NCBI GenBank assembly: GCA_051313645.2
Contig: JBNRSN020000004.1
Span: forward strand, 352,408,001-352,472,000
DNA from: Centroscyllium fabricii
Taxonomy: Eukaryota
Direction of reading: 5' to 3'
DNA length: 64,000 nt
Shown: piece after piece, positions 1-10,260 of the stretch
Numbering within the stretch: the first letter of the stretch is position 1
Layout: the number at the start of each line of letters is the position of its first letter
The notes under the pieces: generated by a model
The model's database searches: none
Told to the model about the DNA's origin: nothing
What the model saw: only the letters and a program-made list of their open reading frames with translations
Made by a program: the position numbers and the translations under genes

Positions 1-545
1 AGTACTGTGTGCAGTTCTGGTCACCGCACTTCAGGAAGGATGTGGTTGCCCTGGAGAGGGTGCAGAGAAGGTTTACCAGGATGATACCTGGTCTGGGGGA
101 CTTATGCTACGAGGAAAGGCTGGACAGGCTGGGGTTGTTTGCCTTGGAGAAGAGAAGATTGAGGGGTGACATGATTGAGGTGTACAGGATCATGAGAGGA
201 CACGATAGGGTGGATAAAGGGGCATTGTTTCCCTTGGTGGGAGAGTCAAGTACTAGGGGACATAGATTCAAGATTAGGGGGGGGAGGTTTAGGGGGGAGG
301 TAAGGAGAAATTTCTTTACTCAGAGGGTGGTGGAAGTGTGGAACTCCCTGCCTGTAAGGGTGGTGGAGGCAGAAACCATCGCAACATTTAAAAAATATTT
401 GGACCAGCACATGAAGGACCGTAACATACAGGGTTATGGGCCAGGTGCGGGCAAATGGGGTTAGTATAGTGAGGAGTTTCCTGGGCCGGTGCGGACTGGA
501 TGGGCCGAATGGCCTTTATCCGCACTGTAAAGTTTCTATGATTCT
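1..545 (+). mobile_element. CR1 LINE 3' end (RT C-terminus and tail)
   Basis: QFWSPHFRKDVVALERVQRRFTRMIPG...RNFFTQRVV; (ATTCTATG)n tail. Confidence 0.9.
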
Positions 546-2897
546 ATGTCCTTGACCGGCCCTACCCTTACCCTGGTCATTCTTTTATTCCTTACGTAAG
601 AATAAAAAGCCTCAGGGTTCTCCTTGATCCGACCCGCTAAGGACTTCTCATGCCCCCTCCTAGCTCTCCTCAGCCCATTTTTTAGCTCAGTCCTTGCTAC
701 CTTGTAGTCCTCGTGCGTCCCTGCTGAACCTTGTTTTCTCATCTTTACATACGCTTCCTTTTTCCTTTTGACTAGACTTTCGACCTCCTTGGTGTACCAC
801 GGTTCCCTCGCTCTACCATTTCCTCCCAGCCTGACAGGGACATGCCTATCTAGGACACGCAGTACTTGTTCCTTGAACAAGCTCCATTTTTCGTCCGTGC
901 CTTTCCCAGCAAGTTCCTGTTCCCATCCAATGCTCCCTAATTCTTGCCTAATTGTATCGTATCATTACCCCTCCCCCAATTATAAACCTTGCCCTGCTGT
1001 ATGTTCCTATCCCTCTCCATTGCTATAGTGAAAGTAACTGAATTGTGGTCACTATCACCAAAGTGCTCTCCCACAACCAAATCCAACACTTGGCCCGGTT
1101 CATTACCCAATACCAAATCCAAAGTTGTCCAGCCACGTATTGCGTCAGGAAACCCTCCTGCACGCACTGTACAAAAACTTCCCCCTCCAAACTATTTGAC
1201 CTATAAAGATTCCAGTCAATATTTGGAAAGTTAAAGTCCCCCATGACAACTACCCTATGCCCCCCACACCTATCCATAATTTGCTTTGCAATTTCCTCCT
1301 CCACATCTCTGTTACTATTTGGGGGCCTATAGAAAACGCCCAACAACGTGACCGCCCCTTTCTTATTCCTTACCTCAGCCCAAATTACCTCAGTAGGCAT
1401 GTCACCCTCGAACTGCCTTTCTGCAGCTGTTACGCTATCTTTGATTAACAGTGCCACTCCCCCCCCCCCCCCCCCCCCAGCTTTCCTTCCTCCCCTGCTC
1501 TTGCAGAAACATCTATACCCCGGAACCCCCACCAACCATTCCTGACCCTGTTCCAACCATGTCTCCATAATGGCCACCACATCGTAGTCCCACGTACCGA
1601 TCCACGCCCCAAGTTCTCCTACCTTATTTCGGATGCTCCTCGCATTGAAGTAGGTACACTTCAATCCACCTTCTTGCCTACCGGTACACTCTTGCGTCCT
1701 TGATACTCTCCTCAGTACCTCCCTACCCTCCAAACTCCCATCTGTACTACTGCCTGTGTTCCCATCCCCCTGGCCAATTAGTTTAAATCCCCCCGCAGAG
1801 CCGTAGCAAGTTTCCCTCTCAGGATATTGGTGCCCCTCTGGTTCAGGTGCAAACCGTCCTGTTTGTACAGGTCCCACCTTCCCCAGCAAGAGCCCCAATC
1901 ATCTACGTAACTGAAACCCTCCCTCCTGCATCATCCCTGCAGCCACGTGTTTATCTGCACTCTTTCCCTATTTCCCAACTCGCTATCACGTGGCACCGGC
2001 AGCAAACCAGAGATTGCTACATAGTTTGTGCTGGCTCTCCGCTTCCACCCTAGCTCCCTAAACTCCTGCTTTAAATTCCCCGTCCCTTTTCTTACCTATG
2101 TCGTTGGTACCAATATGTACCACGACTTGTACCTGTTTACCCTCCCCTTTAAGGATACTGGAAACACGGTCCGAGACATAGAAACATAGAAGATAGGAGC
2201 AGGAGTAGGCCATTCGGCCCTTCGAGCCTGCTCCGCCATTCAATGAGATCATAGCTGATCATCCAAACCCAGCACCCCGCCCCTGCCCTCCCCCCACATC
2301 CCTCGATCCCTATCGAGCCTGCACCGTCACATATCCCACCCAATCCCCGTAACCCCACATATTCAATCACCCAAACACTAAGGGTCAATTATCAACCTAA
2401 CCCGCACATCTTTGGACTGTGGGAGGAAACCGGAGCACCCGGAGGAAACCCACGCAGACACGGGGAGAATGTGCAAACTCCACACAGATAGTACCCGAGG
2501 CTGGATTTGAACCCGGGTCTCTGGTGCTGTGAGGCAACAGTGCTAACCACTGTGCCACCGTGCCGCCCATAATGTCACGGACCCTGGCACCCGGGAGGCA
2601 ACATACCACCCTGAGAGTCTCTTCTGTTTCCATAGAACCTCCTATCCGTCCCTCTAACTATCGAGTCCCCAATAACTATTGCTCTCCTTTTCTCCCCCCG
2701 TCCCTTCTGAGCCACAGAGACTGACTCTGTGTCAGAGATCCCGTCACCGTGGCTTACCCCTGGTAGGTCATTCCCCCCAGCAGTATCCAAAGCAGTGTAC
2801 TTGTTACTGAGGGGAACGACCACAGAGGATCCCTGCACTGCCTGCCCCCTGCTAGCCCCCCCACCCCCACCGTCACCCATCTATCTTCCCACTTGTC
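546..2897 (-). mobile_element. CR1 LINE fragment (ORF1 SGNH esterase and APE endonuclease), interrupted by a SINE
   Basis: VIGDSIVRG and HIGTNDI esterase motifs; YFNARSI, GVFYRPP, MGDFNFP and SDHN APE motifs; frameshifted. Confidence 0.88.
2176..2568 (-). mobile_element. HE1-like V-SINE (tRNA head, V core, CR1 tail)
   Basis: A/B boxes, core GTGGAGTTTGCACATTCTCCCCGTGTCTGCGTGGGTTTCC, tail CCTACTCCTGCTCC..(TTCTATGT)n. Confidence 0.9.
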
Positions 2898-4011
2898 TAT
2901 TTTAACATGCAGTATTTCTTGAACTTGGTGTTATAGTTGTTTTTTATATGTGGCCTCTGGGATTCCATTTACCAAGGAGTTCTTGTGTAGCACCTTATCC
3001 GATCCTTTTTGGAAAGCCATATACATACACAACATTCACCTATTCCCCTGAGTACAAACGAGGAGCTTACTGGTCTCTATGGCTGGGTGATACCTGCTTA
3101 CTAGGTCATTAAGGGAGCTTTCAAGATCCGTCTGCAAAAAAAAAACAACCAAAACTATTCTTCTTCTCCATGAACATGGAGAGTCCCTCCTTCCGTTGTC
3201 TCAACCAAAAGATGGTGATGCAGAAACCTTTGCTAGCTCTTCTATTTCACCCCCACCGTTGACCTACAGCATTTCAACTGTCTCCCAACTGAAAGCTGTA
3301 ACTCAGAATAGTTCAGAAATTGAACCTGGGATCATCTGGTTCATATAGCTTGCTGCTAGATCAGGCAGTACTTTTACACACTAGGCTACAAAGGCAGTGA
3401 ATTTTCACACCTCTATTTCTGTATCTGACATGCCCAAACTAAGGCCCGTGGATTATATCCAGCTCGCAAGCCGCAGTTATTCAGCCCGTGACTCGCTGCT
3501 CCTCTCACATTTTCCACTCGTACACTTCAACTATATTTCTTCCACAATTGGGTTTGGCTTGCTCAATTTTACAATGTAAACAACTAGGGACGTAGCATCT
3601 CCTTTTCACCGATGTAGCAGCACGCTTTCCAATCCTCCATGATCTGTGAAGTTCAAGAAGCCAAACCTAACAGTGGAAAAGGTACAGCTTGAAAACGAGC
3701 GCGGAGGAGAAGAATAATCCATTGGAGATGGAGAACAGTGCGAATCAGTAATGGAGGAAAAAATCAGGGAGCAACGAAGTTAATGGCCTTTACACTGCTC
3801 CTCATGGGATTTTAGTTTGTGTTGCAGGCATTTTTGATGGATGCTGTATTTGTTTAATTAGAAAACTTGTGTATTTTAACATGCAGTGTTTCTTGAACTT
3901 GGTGTTATAGTTTTTTATGTGGCCTCTGGGATTCCATGCTACGTATTTTAGCGACTTACAAAGAGAGAAAGTTAGCACGCCTTCTCCTTCATCCATTCTT
4001 TTCTCCCGCAG

Positions 4012-4173
4012 GTCTCTGGACAGAGACTGGAATCGGAGAAGTAGATCTCGCAGAAGGCGATCCCGATCACGAGGTCGACGTAGACGTAGAAGTGGAAGCA
4101 GAGACAAAGAAGACAAATTTAAAGGCAGTCTATCTGAAGGCATGAAAGCTGAACGGGAATCTTCTGATGAAAA
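4012..4173 (+). CDS. PRPF4B: PRP4 kinase exon (RS-rich region; first coding exon in window, upstream exons lie outside)
   Basis: ttctcccgcag|G...GAAAA|gtaaga; encodes SLDRDWNRRSRSRRRRSRSRGRRRRRSGSRDKEDKFKGSLSEGMKAERESSDE; phase joins the next exon. Confidence 0.92.
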
Positions 4174-4496
4174 GTAAGATTCTTTGCTTAAAAGGACTCT
4201 GCAATAAGAGAACACACTAAAAGTTTCTGAGAGGAGATGTGAGGTTTTCAAACCTTTTAGTAAGGAGCTGTACGAGACCTATCAACAGGCAACTCCATAG
4301 AGAGTAATGTGAGTTGAACAAAGGCGTCTGAGTTGGGAAATATCACCACTGGTCAGTTACACAGCATATTCAGGTTTGCAGTGGAAGACTAAATGTACTT
4401 TACACTGACATAGGTTTTTTGTCTTGTTTTCCCCTCTTCCCCCCTCCCCACCCCACTCTCCCAAAATTCGGCACTTGGAGTGGTGGAAGAGTACTA

Positions 4497-4981
4497 CAGG
4501 TTGAGCACCGTTAATCCAGCACGGGCGGGCCCAAGCCTGTGCTGGGAAAGTGAAAATCCCGAACGATTGAAGCTTCGGTGAGCGCATGCGCAGACCATTC
4601 AAAATGGCCGCCGCGAAAGGCCGGCGGCCATTTTGCGTGGTCTGCGCATGCGTTTATCGTTAGGGGAGTCCTGGCCCAGCATCGTTCGGTGAGTCCCGGC
4701 CCAGCCCGCGTTCGGTGAGTCCCGGCCTAGCCCGTGTTCAGGAAGTCCCGTCCTGGCCTGCGATTGGGGAGTCCCGGCCTAGCGGCCTGCTATCAGCTCG
4801 GAGAGACCATTGTGAATGATCTGCGCATGCGCTTGCCGTTCGGCGGCGCATGCGCAGATCATTCGCCGAAGCATCAATCGCAGCGGCCATTTTTGCGCAT
4901 GCGCGGGGCAGTCGTGGAAATTATTGCCGGACGTTCAAAGTTGTCGGTTTTTCGGGTAACGGATTAACGGTGCTCAACCTG
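4497..4981. mobile_element. Tigger4/Zombi-like MITE (type A)
   Basis: TA TSD; TIR CAGGTTGAGCACCGTTAATCC. Confidence 0.88.
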
Positions 4982-5269
4982 TATACCATATATTTCCCCC
5001 TTTAAGTAAAAGAAACAAAAGTGTTCACATTCATTATGCAGGCCATTGCAATTCAAGAAACAGTGGTGGGTGAGAATTTTAAAGTCGCAAATCACAAAAT
5101 AAGTGTTGGCAAATGGTGGTAAAAATTGGGCCTTTCCTCATGTCAATTTCTTTTAAATGGAATGAGAACTATGATTTTGTGAATAAATTAGATTTTCTGT
5201 TTGTAGTGTACTATTCTGTCCTTTTTGATTATTGTTGCAGTGCCTACCTGGTTTTATGGACTGCTTTCT

Positions 5270-6660
5270 TTAGTTGAGAAAGTAAAGAATAGTCAGCAGG
5301 GATTTAAAAAGGGGAAGGTCATGCTTGACCAACCTTACTAAATTCTTTGAAGTGTAATGTAATATATTTTGGATTTCGATAAAGTACCGCATAGTAGATT
5401 CTCGACTACAGTCGAGATGTGGAGGCATTTACAAGTACAAGTCCGGCACCGTTAATCCGGAAACTTCAGTCGTCCGCCACGACTGATCTGCGCATGTGCA
5501 AAATGGCCGCCGTGCATGGCTGCGTATGCCCGGGCCTCTCCCCGACTGGTCTGCGCATGCGCAAAATGGCCGCCGTGCTTGGCTGCGCATGCCCGGGCCT
5601 CTCCCCGACTCCTATTGAGTTAGTCCGAACGATTGATGCTTCGGTGAGCGCATGCGCCGAAGCTTCAGTCGTTTTTAGATTTTTCACTAGTCCGGCACTG
5701 GCCTGGTCCCGACCGTGCCGGATTAACGGTGTCGGACCTGCAGCAGAATGGTTAGCAAGCTGGTTACAATACTGAGTAGGGGTTAAGGGTAGCTACTCAG
5801 ACTGGCAAAAGGTGGGAGGTGGTGTTCCACAAGGATCAGTGCTGGGACCACTGTTCACAATTTAGATAAACTATTTGGACTTGAATCAGAAGTACCATTT
5901 CAAAATTTGCGGATGACGCCAAATTGGGAGGTATGGTCAGTACTGAGGAAGACATTGATAAAGAGACCTGAAATGTTAACTCTGTTTCTCTTTCCACGGA
6001 TGCTGCCTGGCTTGCTGAGTATTTCCAGCATTTTCTGTTGTTATTTAAGACATTAATAAACTTGCAGAATGGGCATGAAATTGGCAAATGAATTTCAATA
6101 TAGATAAGTGAGGTGGTGCATTTTGGTAGGAAGAATAAGGAGGCCACACACTCCTTGGGGAAAATAAGTCTTAATGTGGCGGAGGAGCAAAGGGACCTCG
6201 GGGTTCAAATACACAAATCACAAAGTTGTGACGCAGGTTATTGAGGCCATAAAAAAACAAATGGGTTTTGTTTATAGTGGGATAGAATTGAAAAGCAGAG
6301 AGGTTATGTTAAACTTCTACAGAACCTTGGTTAGACCACAGAGTACTGTGCACAGTTCTGGTCTCTATTATAAAAAGGATACAGACACACTGGGGAAGGT
6401 GCAAAAAAGATTTACAAGTATGATACCAGAACTGAGGGGTTACACCCACCAGGAAAGACTGAACAGACTGGGGCTCTTTACTCTAGAAAATCTAGAGAGG
6501 GCTGAGGGGTGCTGTGATAGAGGTCTGCACAATTATGAAAGTGTTTGACTGAGTAGACATAGAGAAAATGTTTCAACTTGTGGGGGAGTCCAAACCTGAA
6601 TATAAGATAATCACCAATAAATCTAATGGGGAATTCAGGATGAACTTCTTTGCCCAAGTT
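5270..6660 (+). mobile_element. Degenerate CR1 RT fragment containing a MITE and a Penelope-like fragment (about 5960-6045)
   Basis: GVPQGSVLGP-like and LVRPQ..KVQKRFTSMIP motifs with many stops. Confidence 0.75.
5438..5740. mobile_element. Tigger-like MITE (type B)
   Basis: TIRs CAAGTCCGGCACCGTTAATCCGG / CCGGATTAACGGTGTCGGACCTG. Confidence 0.85.
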
Positions 6661-6861
6661 TAAGCTGTGTCGATGCAGGCTCGATAGGGATATGGGGAGA
6701 GGGCGGGGGCGGGGTACTGGGTTTGGATGATCAGCCATGATCTCATTGAATGGCGGAGCAGGCTCGAAGGGCTGAATGGCCTACTCCTGCTCCTAGTTTC
6801 TATGTTTCTATGTTCGGTTTGTGATGTGTCATATTAAATTTTATGTTTTTTAAAAATCTAG

Positions 6862-6943
6862 TCTAGAGGATTTTGATGTAGAGGAGGAAGACGAAGAAGC
6901 TGTTATCCGACAAAGGCGTGAACAGAGATTGGCAATTGTTCAG
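6862..6943 (+). CDS. PRPF4B: PRP4 kinase exon
   Basis: tctag|T...CAG|gtatgg; (N)LEDFDVEEEDEEAVIRQRREQRLAIVQ. Confidence 0.93.
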
Positions 6944-7287
6944 GTATGGTTTCAGGCTTTAGACCCTGGCTTTGAAATAGAAAATCTCTCAATTATCTGA
7001 TCATGGTGTTTAGAAATAGTGAATGAAGCTCAAAAACGCAAGGGCTTTAATCAAAGTTAACGCCTGTGTTAATGTTGTAATATCATGTTACCTCAAGTAG
7101 CACCGCTTGCCTCTTAGGCTTTTTCTTTGTTGTATTGTCCATAATTTTAAATGCTCGAAGCCGATAGCACATGTTCTCGCGTCTTTCTGTTGCAACTTGT
7201 TCTGTTGAATCCTTAGGTGGCTGATGTGAGCTGTGCATTTGTGAAGATGTCAGTGGTCTGACATTTTGGGTGTGGGGGAAGGGGTTA

Positions 7288-7825
7288 CAGCTTGAGCACC
7301 GTTATACCGGCACGGGCGGGACTAGGCCCATGCCGGTAGAGCGGAAAAACCGGTAGAATGAAGCCGGCCAGTGCGCATGCGCGCACCATTCAAAATGCCT
7401 GCGCACAACATTGGAAATGGCCACCGAACGTCCTTGCTGAGTCGCAGCTGCAGTTTGTGCCTCCTGATGACGGCCTGCAGGCTGCTCCGGGGAACCGCAC
7501 GCTTCACCATGGCGGGCGCTCGGGACCCGCACTTTCAAAACGCGGCGCAAGCCGCCGCGCCCTGACGTCACGGCTGGTCCGGCGGCCATCTTGAATGATT
7601 TGCACATGCGCTCGCTGTTCGGCGGCGCATGCGCAGATCATTCAAATCATCCGGAAGCCGTTTTCAATGATCCGCACATGTGCTCGCCGTTCAGCGGCGC
7701 GTGCGCAGATCATTCACCGAAGCATCGACCGCGGTGGCCATTTTGCGCAGGGCAGTCGGGGCGATTTATACCGGTCGACTGAAGTTGCCGGCGTTTCGGG
7801 TAACTGACTAACGGTGCTCAACCTG
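7288..7825. mobile_element. Tigger-like MITE (type C) with CENP-W cargo
   Basis: TA TSD; TIRs CAGCTTGAGCACCGTTA / TAACGGTGCTCAACCTG. Confidence 0.88.
7427..7580 (-). pseudogene. CENPW: Captured CENP-W promoter/5' coding fragment inside a MITE
   Basis: GCCCGCCATGG Kozak at 7510; MVKRAVPRSSLQAVIRRHKLQLRLSKDV fits the CENP-W N-terminal pattern KR-x-x-PR...HK-x-x-LRL; upstream TGACGTCA and TTTGAA. Confidence 0.72.
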
Positions 7826-7859
7826 TATTAACATTTTCATTTGAATGCCATTCTTTCAA

Positions 7860-8440
7860 AATTGCATCGAGTCTGCCGCACATAAACAGGCTATTCGGCC
7901 CAACTGGTCTGTGCTGGTGTTTACACTCCAGATGAGCCTCCTCCCTCTCTAATGACCTCTTCCCACCCTGTCCTCATTTTCCTCTGTTCCCTTCTCCGTC
8001 ATGTATGAATTAATACTCCCCTGAACTGCATCACTGCTGTCTGCTTCAGCCACTTCATGTGGCAGCGAGTCCCACATTCTTGCCACTCTTCATGTAAATA
8101 AATTCCTCCTCAATTCTCTATTTGATCTGTTAGTGGCTATCTTATAGTTATGCCCCACAAGTGGAAACAGTTTCTCCATATGTACCCTATCAAATCCCGT
8201 CATCATAAAGAGTTCTATCAGGTCTCCTCTTGGTCTCTTTTTCCAGAGAAAAGATCCCCAACCGCTTCATCTTTCCTGATAGTTATATCCTCTCAATTCT
8301 GATAACAATCGTGTAAATCTTTTCTGCATTTTCTCAAGTGCTTTAATGTCCTTTTTTTTTTTATGGAGACAAGAACTGCACGTAGTACTCCCAAGCGTGG
8401 TTTAACCGAGATCCTGTATGGATTAAACATTACCTCCCTG
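7860..8440 (-). mobile_element. Old CR1 3' fragment
   Basis: Degenerate RT C-terminus and tail similar to other CR1 copies in the window. Confidence 0.6.
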
Positions 8441-8710
8441 CGTTTGGTTCATTTCCAGAGGAAAAGAATACAGAGTACTTTGCACTCTTTACAGCCTTAT
8501 CAACTAGTGTTGCTTTATGGTGACATTTTTATGAAATAGTGTTAAGTTGGTAAAGATTGCTCACAAATTTCTAAGTTGTGACATTAATTATATTGTATGT
8601 CTATATGGATTTAATTATCTTGTACAACAGTAATGTAAGTTGCATCCACAGACTATACATGTTTTATGTATGATGAGATTCTAAGTAATTCTTTTCATTA
8701 GTCACGTATA

Positions 8711-9051
8711 CAGGTTGTGCACCGGTAATCCAGCACCCTCGGGACCAGGCCGGTGCCGGACCACTGAAAATTCCGAACCACTGAAGGTTCGGGGGGAGCA
8801 CGCGGGTAGAACACTCCCTGGGGCCTGGAGCGCGCAGGTAGAACACTCCCCGGGAGGGAGCCCGGGGATAGAACACTTAGAAAACCTGAAAAAGCAGAAA
8901 CCCCAACGCCTTCGGCGCTCGCTCACCCTTTGCGGGAAACGGTGGCGCCGCCGAGCGGCTGCTCTGCAAAATGAAGAGCGCCGGTTTCCAATCGTGCTGG
9001 ACCACTGAAACTGCCGGATCATCGGGTGCTGGATTACCGGTGCTCAACCTG
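8711..9051. mobile_element. Tigger-like MITE (type D)
   Basis: TA TSD; TIRs CAGGTTGTGCACCGGTAATCC / GGATTACCGGTGCTCAACCTG. Confidence 0.88.
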
Positions 9052-9175
9052 TACTAGTCTTGCTAGTCTCTCTTTGCTGCTAAGGCATAATCTTAAAGAG
9101 TAAGAACCAAGGATGCGGGGTAACATTTATAAAAGTTAAAGGGTTGAACTGAAACGAATTTCTCTTATATTGTAG

Positions 9176-9386
9176 AAATATAGAAACCCAAATGAAGACA
9201 GCAACATGTCGGGATTGTCTGAACCAAACAGCCCTCAGAGCAGTACGAGAAGCCGCTCTCCTTCTCCTGATGACATTTTTGAGCGAGCAGCAGCTGATGT
9301 CAAGGAGTACGAAAGGGAAAACGTTGATACATTTGAGGCTTCTGTGAATGCCAAACGCAACCTCATGGCAGTCGAGCAAAAAGAAG
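9176..9386 (+). CDS. PRPF4B: PRP4 kinase exon
   Basis: tgtag|AAA...GAAG|gtgcga; KYRNPNEDSNMSGLSEPNSPQSSTRSRSPSPDDIFERAAADVKEYERENVDTFEASV... Confidence 0.93.
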
Positions 9387-9467
9387 GTGCGATTCAGAAA
9401 TGTGCATGGATTGGGTTTGCAATATCACTTATCTATGGGGGTCTGAATGTTGCTCCTCCTTTAGTCA

Positions 9468-9910
9468 TATAAGAACATAAGAAATAGGAGCAGGAGTAGG
9501 CCAATCGGCCCCTCGCGCCTGCTCCGACATTCAATAAGATCATGGCTGATCTGATCCTAACCTCAAATCTACTTTCACTCTCCATCCCACCCTAGCCCAT
9601 GTGATCTCCCGGGAGAGGCGCAAAACCAGATTTTAAAAAAAAACAATGGCCAATTTGGGAGAAAAAAATCTGGGAAATTCCTCTCCGACCCATCTCGGCG
9701 ATCGAAACTCGTCCAGGAGATCACTCTGGCCCTGAATTTCCTGCAGAACCTACCGTCTGTAAGAGGCGATCTCCGCCCCAGCCAGGGACAGGCCCCGTTT
9801 GCTCTTGAAGGACTTGAGCGAATCAGCAGGCACTGCCCCAGCTGGCAGCCTGTTCCCAAGATCTCCACTACTCCCTGTGAAAAGAACCATCTCCTGACAT
9901 CTAACATAGA
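9468..9910 (-). mobile_element. CR1 3' end with a structured 3'UTR module
   Basis: LDVRRWFFSQGVV ORF2 end; stem-rich module at 9601-9724; (TTCTTATG)n tail. Confidence 0.8.
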
Positions 9911-10260
9911 ATTTGAACACAAGAAGTAGGATCTTCCCAGTTCCACTTTGAGGTGGAAATTTAGGTTCCATTCTTAATTCTGTTGCTGTTATTGTCAAAA
10001 ATTAAGCTGCCACTTAATGAGTTATTTCCCCCCTCCCCCCAGCCTCTTCTTTCCTCCACTCCTAAAGCCGTTGGCTTCTTGCAGAGTACGGTTCCATGGG
10101 GGCCAGGCACCGTTCAGTACCTCGCCTGAATGGCTATACTTCGTCTGAGCCTAGACAGCGAGTGTTAACGGACTGTTACACAGTGGGGGTATCCAGCCAA
10201 GCCCAATTCTGTCCTCCGCTGATGTTTGTACACTCCCTTTCAGCAAGTGTTGTTGGTTAG

